NCBI GenBank assembly: GCA_964457485.1
Contig: CAYWFO010000001.1
Location: forward strand, 6,755-70,754
Source of the DNA: an uncultured Haloferacaceae archaeon
Lineage (GTDB): Archaea > Halobacteriota > Halobacteria > Halobacteriales > Haloferacaceae
Reading direction: 5' to 3'
DNA: 64,000 bases
Part shown: in pieces, positions 1 through 9,173 of the stretch
Layout: each line of letters begins with the position of its first letter
How positions within the stretch are numbered: position 1 is the stretch's first letter
The notes under the pieces: generated by a model
Told to the model about the DNA's origin: nothing
The model's database searches: none
The model's input: the letters and a program-made list of their open reading frames with translations, nothing else
Position numbers and translations under genes: made by a program

Positions 1-401
1 ACCGCGTCCTCACGAACCGCCGTCACATCGCCGTGGAGTCCGTTTTGTGCGTGGACGTGCATCCCGACCGCTGGTGGATTGCCGACCATTCCCTCGAACA
101 CCTCGGGGTCGTACTCGCGAACCCGTTCCTCGTCGAACTCGCCGTAGGCCTCCTCGGGTGGAATCGTGAGTGTCGTTTTTTTGCCGGATTCACAGCCAAT
201 GATCCCTGATTCGAGCCCCTCGATTACCTCGCCATCGCCAACACGGAACGAAAGCGACGAGTAGTCGCTTTCGTCCGCTTCTTGAGCTGCAACGAGTCCA
301 TGTTCTTTGGCGACAGCGTACCGCGAGGTGTCAAAAACAGTGCCATCGTCGAACGACCCAACGTACTCGATAACGACCGTATCGCCCTCGGTGATTGCCA
401 T
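1..401 (-). CDS. FKBP-type peptidyl-prolyl cis-trans isomerase (SlyD-like); N-terminal part only, ORF runs off the left edge
   Basis: Own reverse-strand translation from ATG at 401-399: MAITEGDTVVIEYVGSFDDGTVFDTSRYAVAKEHGL...FRVGDGEVIEGLESGIIGCESGKKTTLTIPPEEAYGEFDEE. This fits the FKBP-domain pattern (Y.G....G..FDTS ... IP.E.AYG). It is absent from the ORF track because no stop lies inside the window. Confidence 0.8.
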   Translation of the reverse strand, partial: MAITEGDTVVIEYVGSFDDGTVFDTSRYAVAKEHGLVAAQEADESDYSSLSFRVGDGEVIEGLESGIIGCESGKKTTLTIPPEEAYGEFDEERVREYDPEVFEGMVGNPPAVGMHVHAQNGLHGDVTAVREDA

Positions 402-472
402 ACCGGGGCTCACGCCAGCGGCGTAATAAGCGTACCCGTTGGACGATACGGCTGCCCCCCGATTGCGACGGT

Positions 473-1120
473 TCAAGATTCCTCAACGAGTCGTCTGAAC
501 TGTTCGGGCGGCACCGCCCCGCGGGCGGCATGCCCATCGTACCCGAACGTCGGGACGGCCGTGATGCCCGCACGCTGGGCCGCCGCGAACGCCTCGTCGA
601 GTTTCTCGCGCTGGGCGTCGCTGTCGAGTGCCGCACTAACTTCGTCGGGATCGATGTCGGCGCCGGTGGCGAGTTCGCGGAGCACTGTTGTCTCACCGAT
701 GTCTCGGCCGTCGACCCAAAGCGCCTCAAACACCGATTCATCGAACGCGAGCCACGTCTCGTAGGGATACCGTTCGACCACGTCATAACTCACCAGTTGC
801 GCCGGAAGCGAATCGATGTCAGTCGCGAGATCGAGTTCCATCTCGACGTCATACTGCGCCTGGAGTCGCCGTACAGAGGCTTTGGCCTGCTTGAAATAGG
901 CGCCGTCCTTGCCGTCGTCGACCGCGTGGTCGATTTCGCCGTCAGCGGTGCGTTTGTCGCGTCTGAGATCGAATGGCCGCCACTCGATTCCGAGCGGTTC
1001 CCCGCCGCTGGCCTGATACCGCGCGAGCGACTCACGGCCGAAATAACAAAACGGGCAGACGTAGTCGGAGTAGAGTATAATCGGTTCGGTTGTCGTCGTC
1101 TCATCGGACGTTGCGGTCAT
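473..1120 (-). CDS. DsbA/FrnE-family thiol:disulfide oxidoreductase
   Basis: Thioredoxin-fold CPFC motif (ILYSDYVCPFCYFG) and DsbA-like length. Start moved from the track's 1162 to MTATSDETT at 1120. Confidence 0.85.
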   Translation of the reverse strand: MTATSDETTTTEPIILYSDYVCPFCYFGRESLARYQASGGEPLGIEWRPFDLRRDKRTADGEIDHAVDDGKDGAYFKQAKASVRRLQAQYDVEMELDLATDIDSLPAQLVSYDVVERYPYETWLAFDESVFEALWVDGRDIGETTVLRELATGADIDPDEVSAALDSDAQREKLDEAFAAAQRAGITAVPTFGYDGHAARGAVPPEQFRRLVEES

Positions 1121-1247
1121 AGCTCGTATTAGATTTCGGATCGCAAAAGTAGGGCGGTGCACTCGGTTGAACCGGTTGGCGGGGTGTGCCGGTCACAGCG
1201 GCCCAACACGGAGTGGTTTCTTGAGACTGCCGCCACAACCGACGGTT

Positions 1248-1751
1248 ATGTTCCGCCCCATCCGCGAAGCGGGTCCCGGGTTGTTGGTTCCCCTGGCATG
1301 GCTGTTCGTCGCGCTGGCCGAGCAGGGAATCGTGGCCAGCCGCTCGATGTTTATTGCGCATCTGGTGATGGCCGCATTCATTACGTTCTTCTTACTCACC
1401 GGTTGGGCCGAAATGGAGTCGGGCGCACTCGCCGGCTGGCGTGCCGTGATGGTCGTTGGCCTCGGGCTCACGTTCGCTGGCATTGGCGGCTTTGTGCTCG
1501 AATCGACCCCGTTGCTCGCAACGAGTCTGGTCGGATGGATGATGCTGCCGGTTGTTGGTTTGGCCTACACCGGCCGGCTGCTGTCGACGGCGAAAATGCC
1601 CTACCTCGGCGGTGCCGCGGTTGCCGCGGTCGGTGCGGTCGTCGCTGTCGGAGGACTGGTCGGTGGGTCGACAGCGGTCACGCTCGGCGGGATTGGGCTG
1701 GTTGGTCTCGGACAGACGGTCGGAATCGTCGACGCTGTGGTTCGATTTTAA
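1248..1751 (+). CDS. hypothetical multi-pass membrane protein
   Basis: Track ORF 1167-1751. Hydrophobic Gly/Ala/Val/Leu-rich helices throughout. First ATG is at 1248 (MFRPIREAG). No family recognised. Confidence 0.55.
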   Translation: MFRPIREAGPGLLVPLAWLFVALAEQGIVASRSMFIAHLVMAAFITFFLLTGWAEMESGALAGWRAVMVVGLGLTFAGIGGFVLESTPLLATSLVGWMMLPVVGLAYTGRLLSTAKMPYLGGAAVAAVGAVVAVGGLVGGSTAVTLGGIGLVGLGQTVGIVDAVVRF

Positions 1752-1857
1752 CTACTGGTCGCGGCACGGTCAGAACGGAGGCCCGACAAGGACGCGCATG
1801 TGCGAGTGCGGATACCAATCGCTAGCGAAGAGGTGCTCGCGGTGTGGGTCGCCGGAA

Positions 1858-2032
1858 AATGCGGTGGGACTGGGATTCGAACTCACTCGCAAATCGAAGA
1901 TTTGCTCACGGCGTTGCCGTTCGCATTCGAGGTCGCAAGCGACCTCGCACTCCCTATTCGAATCCCCCTCCGTCGCAGCAGCCGCTCGCGGACGTTGCTC
2001 GCGGCAGAATGCGGTGGGACTGGGATTCGAAC
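1858..2032. repeat. 25-bp perfect direct repeat AATGCGGTGGGACTGGGATTCGAAC (copies 1858-1882 and 2008-2032) duplicating the 3' end of tRNA-Ser
   Basis: Read directly. The two copies are exactly 150 bp apart. The right copy is the T-arm/acceptor 3' part of the tRNA plus 4 nt downstream. The left copy has no matching 5' tRNA half. Confidence 0.9.
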
Positions 2033-2094
2033 CCAGGAGGCCATAGGCCACCTGCTTTCAAGGCAGGCGCAATAGTCCACTCTGCCATCCCACC
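2012..2094 (-). tRNA. tRNA-Ser (anticodon UGA)
   Basis: Hand-folded on the minus strand. Acceptor GGTGGGA/TCCCACC, anticodon stem CCTGC/GCAGG with loop CTTGAAA (anticodon TGA). Long variable arm GGCC-TAT-GGCC (type II tRNA). T-arm CTGGG-TTCGAAT-CCCAG, discriminator G. CCA is not encoded. Confidence 0.85.
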
Positions 2095-2195
2095 AGTTTG
2101 TCGCCGTCACGGCCGCACTTCATCCACCGGCTGTAGTTCGTGTATGCGAACTCTTGAGCGTATCGTTCTCAGTGACTCACCGCCTACCGTGACGG

Positions 2196-2957
2196 TCACT
2201 CGGCGTCAGCGACAAGCGTTGGCCCCTCGTCGGTGTCGACGACATCAAGACCATACTCGTGGACAAACGTTGCCGTGTGTTCCGGAACGATCCGTTCGGC
2301 ACGGAACCGCGAGCGGAGCATCGGAACCAGCGTCAGCAGATCGTCGCCGGTTTCGACCGTCGGCGAGAGCGGGAGAAAGCCGGTCGTCAGGTCGGCGTCG
2401 GCCGCGCGGTTGGCGAGCCGCTGTTGTTCGATTCCAGAAAACACCTCCGCAAAATCAATCGGTTCGGTAAAGCCCGCATAGTAGGTTTCTCCGTCGGCTG
2501 CGGGACCAATAACGACCTCGTTTGTCCGGAGTTTCATCGCTGCCGAGTCGATCGCAAGCCGTGTCAAAAACGGAGCGGTTCCTCGAACAATCGCGACGGA
2601 GTTCGCCGCTTCGGTCTCCAAGAGGTGCGTTGCCGTATTGCCTGCTCGCGCCGAAAACGTCGAGCCGACCTGCGGTTCGAACCGCGCCGACGAAACGTCA
2701 TCAAGCGTTTCGGCCGCCAGCGCGCGAAACTCGGCGACGGGTTCGGTGTCGGTGCGGTAGTCGGCCGGAAGCTGGTCGGATTCGGGGTAGTTGACCAGTA
2801 GCTCACCGCCCGAGCGCTCAACCGCTTGGAAGGTGTCTCGAAGCATCGCCTCGTAGAGTTCGGTCGCCTCGGCAGCCGACAGCGGGCTTGTTTCGGGCAG
2901 GTCAGGAAGTACCAACCCCGTCCGTGGGGGCAACGCGAGCACGACGATAACGGTCAT
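2196..2957 (-). CDS. DUF2064-like (GT-A / nucleotidyltransferase-fold) protein
   Basis: 253-aa ORF. Pattern VIVVLALPPRTG..., ...VAIVRGTAPFL...EVVIGPAADGETYYAGF...LSPTVETGDDL resembles the DUF2064 layout as I recall it. Assigned by eye only. Confidence 0.6.
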   Translation of the reverse strand: MTVIVVLALPPRTGLVLPDLPETSPLSAAEATELYEAMLRDTFQAVERSGGELLVNYPESDQLPADYRTDTEPVAEFRALAAETLDDVSSARFEPQVGSTFSARAGNTATHLLETEAANSVAIVRGTAPFLTRLAIDSAAMKLRTNEVVIGPAADGETYYAGFTEPIDFAEVFSGIEQQRLANRAADADLTTGFLPLSPTVETGDDLLTLVPMLRSRFRAERIVPEHTATFVHEYGLDVVDTDEGPTLVADAE

Positions 2958-3096
2958 AACCGACTCTCAGAGCGGCGGCATCTTGAACGCGATGATACCG
3001 AACGGCGTCAGAGCGTGAGGCGAGTTCCGTGTACCCGATAACGCGCCGATCTGGACGGCTTCGACGCGGGGGATCGCTGCTTGGCGGGCGAACTAC

Positions 3097-3693
3097 TCAG
3101 CGGCTCTGTCGGCCTTTTGTTTGGCGATAATCACGCGAAAACACGTTGGAAACGACGTGGTCGACGAACGCCTCGCGGTCGGCGTCGGTCTGGCGGTCGA
3201 GTTCAAGCATCGGAACGAGTTCGAAGCCACGACCACGCACCGTCGTTGCGTGTTCGGTGTCGATATCGAAGCTGTCGGGTCGGCGGGTCGTGTACTCGGT
3301 CGCGAGCGATTCGAGCACGCGCTGGCCGATGGGAACGAGAATCTGCGGGTTGATCATTCGGATTTCGGCGTTGAGATACGGCTCGCAGGTGTCGATCTCG
3401 GTCTCAGTTGGGGGCCGCTCGGGGTGTCGACACCGCGTGAGATACGTACAGTAGGCGTTCTGCATGTCGGGTTCGGCGGCGTCCGGTTCCGTGCGGACAA
3501 AACCGAGGTCTCCGAGAATCGACTGGAGGCGTTCACCTGCCGCGTCACCGGTAAAGGGAATACCCGTTTCGTCGGCACCGGTATGGGGTCGTTCGGCAAT
3601 AAACAGGAACTCGCCGCCGACGTCGCCGTAGCCGTGGACGACGTTCTCGCGGACGTCACAGAGTCCCGGACAGTTCGTACACTGCTCGTCCAT
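3097..3693 (-). CDS. uracil-DNA glycosylase superfamily protein (family 4-like)
   Basis: CTNCPGLC...FLFIAERPHTGADETGIPFTGDAAGERL...CEPYLNAEIRMINPQILVPIG matches the family-4 UDG architecture (Cys cluster, GE.PG-like motif, PF.G.aG). The ATG at 3693 (MDEQCTNC) was chosen. A non-ATG start further upstream, up to 3882, cannot be excluded. Confidence 0.8.
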   Translation of the reverse strand: MDEQCTNCPGLCDVRENVVHGYGDVGGEFLFIAERPHTGADETGIPFTGDAAGERLQSILGDLGFVRTEPDAAEPDMQNAYCTYLTRCRHPERPPTETEIDTCEPYLNAEIRMINPQILVPIGQRVLESLATEYTTRRPDSFDIDTEHATTVRGRGFELVPMLELDRQTDADREAFVDHVVSNVFSRDYRQTKGRQSR

Positions 3694-3900
3694 GCCAAAC
3701 GGGTTTTCGAGTTCTGGCTGATGGGCGTCCACAAACTCGTTTAGCGACGTATCGGCAAAACAGTACGGATGCGACAACGCGGATTCGGGTTTGTCGTCCC
3801 AAGCCACCGGCGTACGACGCCCGACACCACAGCATGACGCCCCCACGTCACCACAGCACGTCGTTCCGCGGTACCACAGCACGCCGTTCCGCGTCGCAAG

Positions 3901-4806
3901 CTATAATCCGACAAAAACGACTGCCGTTTCGGCGGCCTCCATAATCTCTTCCTCATAAACGGTCACGACATAGAGCAACAACAACGCAATCGAGTTGTAG
4001 AGGCCGTGAACGAGTGCAACAACAGTCAGATTGCCCGTCCACTCGTACAGCCCGCCGAACACCAGCGAGCCACCGAAAATCACCGTCAACGCGAGCAGTA
4101 GTTCAGCAACTCCGGCCGTTCCAAGCCCGTAGGCCGGAAGGTGGATCATCGCGAACACCACGCTGGCGGCCACGATCGACGAGATTGCCCCGAACGATTC
4201 ACGAAGTCGAGTCTGGATCACGCCCCGGTAGAGCAGTTCCTCGAACGGGCCAACGATGAGGAGCATAATCGGAATAAGATAGAGGTAGAACGTTGGATCG
4301 ATGGCCTCGACTTCGGCGATTGCATGCGGCGATGATTCGATTTGGAGCGCCATCCCGGCCAGGTTGACAACGAAACTCACCGCAAACACCGCAAACGGTC
4401 CCGCAAACACAACAAGCCACTCTGTGAGCGATGGCCAGCGGATCTTGACGTACGAGAGTTGTCGTCCCGTCGCCCAGAGATATCCCAACGCGATCGCACC
4501 CATGACAATCAGTTGACCGACAACGAGTTCGAGCGTGACGAGCGCCAGCGCCGACTCCGGCAGCGGAACGGACAGGATCTGCAGCACGCCAATCAGGCCG
4601 AGAATAACGACAAGCGAAACCACAATCGTGCCAAACCCGAGGCCGACGGCGACGACAAGCGACCAGAGTTTGCTGAGAAGCGACGATGTGTCGATCGGAC
4701 TGTCGTCCGAACCGCCTCCCTCGGCAGTCACAATCCGGCCGTCACTCGTGACCGCACCAACCGGCAGTTCCTCTGCCGTGTTCGATCCGTTGTCGCGATT
4801 GCTCAT
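3901..4806 (-). CDS. CPBP-family intramembrane glutamic endopeptidase (CAAX-protease-like)
   Basis: Multi-TM protein carrying the CPBP motifs EELLYRG, FAMIHL and HGLYNS. Confidence 0.85.
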   Translation of the reverse strand: MSNRDNGSNTAEELPVGAVTSDGRIVTAEGGGSDDSPIDTSSLLSKLWSLVVAVGLGFGTIVVSLVVILGLIGVLQILSVPLPESALALVTLELVVGQLIVMGAIALGYLWATGRQLSYVKIRWPSLTEWLVVFAGPFAVFAVSFVVNLAGMALQIESSPHAIAEVEAIDPTFYLYLIPIMLLIVGPFEELLYRGVIQTRLRESFGAISSIVAASVVFAMIHLPAYGLGTAGVAELLLALTVIFGGSLVFGGLYEWTGNLTVVALVHGLYNSIALLLLYVVTVYEEEIMEAAETAVVFVGL

Positions 4807-5009
4807 GGATCAGCCTCGTTGGAGAGAATCCGATCCAGTCGACAGTTCGTTCGGTTCGGAGTCGACGTCGCGGTCAGCGAACAATGTCGGCAGCGGCTGG
4901 AGGACATGACTGCAATATACGGGGTTGAGAGGCAAAAACACTCGTATTCGCGGTGCTGAACCGGTCGACCGGACGGTTGCGAGACACCGAATTCGCCGTG
5001 TCGTCTGGC

Positions 5010-5495
5010 TCAGACCGTCCCGAATGCGACGGCTGCCCATCCAACGGTAACGGCGATGCCAAGGCCAAACAGGCCGTAGTTCACGGTCATGTTGTCCGCG
5101 CGAGTCAGCGAAAACGAGAACGTCCGCTGGAACGGCCAAAAATAGTTGACGCCGGCGTACGTCAGCGTGTCACCCAACAAATGCGCGAATACGGTCAGAA
5201 ATCCGAGGAGGAAGCCGAACGTGACGAGGCTCACGCCGGCAACGCTGAACGCGCCTTCCAACATGACGCCGGCGAGACCAAACAACCCGCCAACGAGGAT
5301 GGCAAACACCAGCGAGTGGGTCATCCCGCGGTGCTCGATCACCGGCAGCCGGTGGTCGATATCTGGAAGCATCGCCAGCCAGAGCATGACTGTGCCGGTC
5401 AACAGCGCTGTTTCGGGTTCGCCCAGACTCACCAGCCAGTAGCCAACCGGCGCAAAAACGAGTAGCGAGATGCCGATGTGGCCCTTCCGATACAT
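5010..5495 (-). CDS. membrane-bound metal-dependent hydrolase (YdjM/DUF457 family)
   Basis: MYRKGHIGISLL...LPDIDHRLP..HRGMTHS...HLLGD is typical of DUF457. Start taken at MYRKGH (5495), not the track's 5591. Confidence 0.7.
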   Translation of the reverse strand: MYRKGHIGISLLVFAPVGYWLVSLGEPETALLTGTVMLWLAMLPDIDHRLPVIEHRGMTHSLVFAILVGGLFGLAGVMLEGAFSVAGVSLVTFGFLLGFLTVFAHLLGDTLTYAGVNYFWPFQRTFSFSLTRADNMTVNYGLFGLGIAVTVGWAAVAFGTV

Positions 5496-5653
5496 GCTGT
5501 CGTCTCGGCGCGACTGGTAAAAACACTTGATATCTGTGTGTATCGCACCGAACCGTGGCCAGTGTCGGTTCCGACGCACGGCCACCCGCAAAATGCAATC
5601 GGTGCGACGGCGTACACCACGCGGTTTTAGGTCTCCGGCCGTCTCAGATAGGC

Positions 5654-5782
5654 ATGGTCACCGAGATTCTCGACGGCGTGCTTGCCGTGTTCGGGCCGTT
5701 CGTGATTCCGGTTGCACTGTTTGTCGGTGGACTGATCGGCTATCTCGTGTTGGTTGCGATTTCGCGAGCGTGGACGGAGTGA
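5654..5782 (+). CDS. small hypothetical membrane protein (42 aa)
   Basis: Internal ATG of track ORF 5555-5782: MVTEILDGVLAVFGPFVIPVALFVGGLIGYLVLVAISRAWTE, with one or two TM helices. No other support. Confidence 0.35.
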   Translation: MVTEILDGVLAVFGPFVIPVALFVGGLIGYLVLVAISRAWTE

Positions 5783-5841
5783 AGTCTTCGAGACCGTGGG
5801 GAGATGACACGATTTAACTGGCTCCACACCAAACTTCGCCT

Positions 5842-6126
5842 GTGTCAGAAGAATCAGGGAGGAAAAACCTCCGCATGCCCGACGAGAACCAGATGTTCGC
5901 GGTCGTCACCGACATGCTCGGTGCGGGCCGGGTTCGACTCCGGTGTAACGACGGCAAAGAGCGCATGGGCCGGATTCCCGGCCGAATGCGCTTTCGAACC
6001 TGGATCAACGAGGACGATGTCGTAATCATCGAGCCGTGGGACTGGCAGGACGAAAAGGCCGACGTCGAATGGCGCTACGACAGCCAAGACGCCGACCAAC
6101 TGCGCCGCGAAGGCCACATCGACTGA
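5842..6126 (+). CDS. eif1a: translation initiation factor aIF-1A
   Basis: [50 protein letters not shown]...[18 protein letters not shown]. This is a classic S1-like aIF-1A sequence. Confidence 0.92.
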   Translation: MSEESGRKNLRMPDENQMFAVVTDMLGAGRVRLRCNDGKERMGRIPGRMRFRTWINEDDVVIIEPWDWQDEKADVEWRYDSQDADQLRREGHID

Positions 6127-6189
6127 TCCTCACCGGGTACGACCCTGTTGTCGGTTTGTTTCCGCATGCCACGAGTGCCAACAGATCCG

Positions 6190-6261
6190 TTCGCCGAAGA
6201 ACCGGGTGAGCACTTCGCGGGGGAATCGGGTGACCACCTCGCCGAAGAACCGGGTGAGCAC
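6190..6261. repeat. 3 x 24-bp tandem repeat in a convergent intergenic gap
   Basis: Units TTCGCCGAAGAACCGGGTGAGCAC / TTCGCGGGGGAATCGGGTGACCAC / CTCGCCGAAGAACCGGGTGAGCAC, read directly. Units 1 and 3 differ only at the first base. Confidence 0.9.
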
Positions 6262-6311
6262 CCCGACTGCGCCGCAGTGAACCGGACGGAGTGCGCAACG
6301 CGAATGGGTTG

Positions 6312-7829
6312 TCAGTCAGCGGTTGTCGGCTCTTTTTTGCGGACGTAGCGATCGTAGGCCGAAAGGAACTCTTCGTCGCCCTCTTCGGCGGCCTCCCACT
6401 CGACGAGCCCGCGCTCCTCGCGCGTCCCGGGAATCGTGTTGTCGAAAAACAGCGCGAGCAACCCGCCCACTGCCATACCGGTCGAGCCGATCACGAAGAT
6501 GGTCGTCGCCACGGCGTCCGTGCCGAGCACCGGTCCGAGCAGCGCCACGTCGCCGAGTCCCGCCGCCAACGTGTCGACGTCGCCAACGTTGTCCATGTAG
6601 GTCGGAATCGCCAGCCCCGCGAACAACGAAATGCCGAGCACGAAGAGGTTGCGCTGGGATTCGAGATCGACGAACTTCAGATTCGCGAGGCCAACAGCGA
6701 CGATCTGGCCGAACATCGCGATGTAGAGCCCACCGATTATCGGCCCGGGAATCGAGGCGACGAGCGCACCCCAGTAGCCGATGAAGCCCGCGAACAACAT
6801 GACGACTGCACCGAGTTGGACGACGTACCGCGAGGCGACACCGGTGAGGCCGATTGCGCCGATGTTTTCGGAGTACGATGTCGAGCCACCGGTTCCCATC
6901 ACGCCCGAAAAGACGTTCATCAGCCCCTCCATGCCGATACCGTGGTCGATGCGTTTCGCGCTCGGCGCGGCAGCACCGGAGAGCCGCGCAACCGCGTAGT
7001 AATCTCCGAGACTTTCGACGATGGAGGCGGCGACGCCAGCGAGAATACCGATGACGAACGCCGCGGTGACCGTCGGCATGCCCCACTGGAACGGGGTGAT
7101 CGGCAGGATCAACGAGGCCTCCGCCGCGCCACTAAGATCGACGAATCCGGGATCCGCCGGTGTGTAGACGCCCGACAGCGAGAGCGCGAGCGCGACGAGA
7201 TAGGCCGCAACAATGCCGAGCAGGATGGGGAACAGCTTGAACAGCCGGTTGGTTCGAATGTACTGCGAGAACAGCGCGATCAGCCCGAGCGTTAGCCCGA
7301 CCAGCGCCCAGTCCTGATCGGGTGTCACCACATCGGGGGCGTTGAACAACGCCAGCCCGATGAGCGCAATCGTCGGTGCGATGACGACTGGTGAGAGAAA
7401 CCGTTTGAGCCGGCCGACAAGGCCGAAGTAGCCGATGGCGACCTGGACAAACGCTGCAACAATGATCGCGCCCTGAAGCTGCAACAGCGCAGCCTGCCAC
7501 GCCTCGCCGGCTGGATTCGTCGCCTGGACGACGCCGATGACCGCGAGCGCGGGGGCGAGCAGCGAGAAGGGCGCGCCCTGGACGATCGGATACCGGTTGC
7601 CGAACGTCGTCTGCGCCAGCGTTGCGACGCCGGAGACGACGAAAAACGTCCCAATAAACCGCGGCCAGAGCTCTTCGGGCATGCCGAGCGCACCCGCGAG
7701 AATAAGAGGGACCGCGATGTTGGCCCCGACCATCGTGAGGTAATGTTGGATTCCAAGAAAGACTGAGGTTCCGAGTGGTGGTTTGTCATCGATACCGTAG
7801 CGAACAAGTGACGAATCGTCACTACTCAT
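6312..7829 (-). CDS. nucleobase:cation symporter-2 (NCS2/SLC23) family permease
   Basis: 505 aa with about 12 TM helices. The N-terminus GIDDKPPLGTSVFLGIQHYLTMVGANIAVPLIL is typical of xanthine/uracil/vitamin C permeases. Confidence 0.85.
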   Translation of the reverse strand: MSSDDSSLVRYGIDDKPPLGTSVFLGIQHYLTMVGANIAVPLILAGALGMPEELWPRFIGTFFVVSGVATLAQTTFGNRYPIVQGAPFSLLAPALAVIGVVQATNPAGEAWQAALLQLQGAIIVAAFVQVAIGYFGLVGRLKRFLSPVVIAPTIALIGLALFNAPDVVTPDQDWALVGLTLGLIALFSQYIRTNRLFKLFPILLGIVAAYLVALALSLSGVYTPADPGFVDLSGAAEASLILPITPFQWGMPTVTAAFVIGILAGVAASIVESLGDYYAVARLSGAAAPSAKRIDHGIGMEGLMNVFSGVMGTGGSTSYSENIGAIGLTGVASRYVVQLGAVVMLFAGFIGYWGALVASIPGPIIGGLYIAMFGQIVAVGLANLKFVDLESQRNLFVLGISLFAGLAIPTYMDNVGDVDTLAAGLGDVALLGPVLGTDAVATTIFVIGSTGMAVGGLLALFFDNTIPGTREERGLVEWEAAEEGDEEFLSAYDRYVRKKEPTTAD

Positions 7830-7953
7830 CGTTTCTCCTGCATTATTTCAGCACATTCCCACCGCCGTATAGAACCTATCGGTTTGCGAAATCCGTGTGT
7901 GCGTCTCGCCGTAGCGACACCGCAATCGACTCCCCGCCGGCAGCGACGCCGCT

Positions 7954-8919
7954 CTACGACTGTTCGGCGTGAAACGCCGCCAGCGACTCGCGCGTTGGCA
8001 ACGCGGTCATCGCTCCCGGTTCGGTCGTCGTCAGCGCGGCAACCGCGTTCCCCTGTTCGACGGCCGCAGCGAGCGACTCGCCCGCGGCGAGCGCCGCGAG
8101 CGCACCGGCGGTAAAGCCATCGCCTGCTCCAGTTGTATCGACCGGATCGACGGCGTAACCCGTGTGACGAACGGTCTGTGGCTCGCCGGTTTCGTTCCAC
8201 GGAGCCTCAGGCGTTGCGTACGCGAGCGCACCCTCGCTTCCAAGTGTGAGCACAACGGTGTGGGGACCCGCAGCCGCGACCGACGCCGCCACCGACTCTG
8301 GCGACTGTTCGGTGTCGAACTCGGTCGCCGCGAGGTCTTCGTCGGTGACTTTGGCGACATCCGCCAAAGAGAGTGCGGTCGAAAGCGACTCCGCGTAGTC
8401 GAAATCGATCCAGAGTTCGGGCCGCGCGTTGGGATCGAACGAGACGGTCGCTCCGGCGTCGCGGGCCGCCCGTGCGAGGTCGAATGTCGCCGTTCGTGCG
8501 GGTTCGTCAGCGAGCGTCACCCCGCCGAAATGCACCCACGAAACGTTCGAAAGAAGGGTGCTCCCGACGCGGGCGGGATCCAGTCGGGTGTCGGCGCTTG
8601 CGGTTCGGTGAAACGAGAATTCGCGCTCGGCATCGGTGCCGAGACTGACGAACGCCAGCCCGGTTTTTGCCGTCGGATCTCGTTCGATGTGCATCTCCGA
8701 TAGCCCCGCGTCAACGAGGGTGTCCACGAGAAAGTCGCCGAACGGGTCGTCGCCGACGCGCGTCCAAAACTGCACCGGCGCGTCGAGCCGAGAGAGGCCG
8801 ACCGCCACGTTTGCGGGTGCGCCACCGGGTCGTCGCCGGAAGCCCTCGACCGATTTGAGCGGCCCGCGCTGTTCGGGTAAGAAGTCGATCAGCGTCTCGC
8901 CGCAGACGAGAATCGTCAT
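7954..8919 (-). CDS. PfkB-family carbohydrate kinase (fructokinase / KDG-kinase-like)
   Basis: GGAPANVAVGLSRLD near the N-terminus and DTTGAGDGFTAG near the C-terminus are the two PfkB signatures. Confidence 0.85.
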   Translation of the reverse strand: MTILVCGETLIDFLPEQRGPLKSVEGFRRRPGGAPANVAVGLSRLDAPVQFWTRVGDDPFGDFLVDTLVDAGLSEMHIERDPTAKTGLAFVSLGTDAEREFSFHRTASADTRLDPARVGSTLLSNVSWVHFGGVTLADEPARTATFDLARAARDAGATVSFDPNARPELWIDFDYAESLSTALSLADVAKVTDEDLAATEFDTEQSPESVAASVAAAGPHTVVLTLGSEGALAYATPEAPWNETGEPQTVRHTGYAVDPVDTTGAGDGFTAGALAALAAGESLAAAVEQGNAVAALTTTEPGAMTALPTRESLAAFHAEQS

Positions 8920-9144
8920 GCCCGCAGATTGGACGCGAGCAACTTAGCTACGTGGGCAGACCTAGGAGAATACCAACGAGGGCGGCTCGGCAAACGTGAC
9001 ACCAACGGGAAACACGAGTGATTGTGACTCAGCATATAACTGGCTAAAAAACCATTCTCACGTACAAAAAGCGAGCAAATAACTACCAAAAACGCGGACA
9101 ATACTTCTATTCGGTGGACGTTTCGGTGAGCAAAAACCAAAGGT

Positions 9145-9153
9145 ATTCATAAT
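9145..9153 (+). promoter_or_regulatory. TATA-like element (ATTCATAAT) about 25 nt upstream of the ATG at 9174; suggests a leaderless transcript
   Basis: AT-rich hexamer at the spacing expected for haloarchaeal leaderless promoters. Based on position only. Confidence 0.3.
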
Positions 9154-9173
9154 CGTCGATCATTGTGTTAGGT

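Noticed and set aside
1861-2007. A second tRNA gene, possibly intron-containing, ending in the duplicated GGGATTCGAAC...CCACCGC sequence
   Set aside because: No complementary 5' acceptor strand (GGTGGGA or a G-U variant) exists upstream. The would-be T-stem (GTGAG/CCCAG) does not pair. I treat it as a partial duplication, not a gene.
1-3100. Integrated element or genomic island next to the tRNA-Ser
   Set aside because: No integrase, transposase or phage/plasmid gene lies on either side. The flanking genes (PPIase, DsbA, membrane protein, DUF2064-like, UDG) look like ordinary chromosomal genes. Only the 150-bp att-like scar is reported.
6148-6348. 66-aa ORF encoding the FAEEPGEH repeat peptide
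   Set aside because: It starts at a non-ATG codon, overlaps the 3' end of the NCS2 permease gene and consists largely of the tandem repeat. There is no support for it as a gene.
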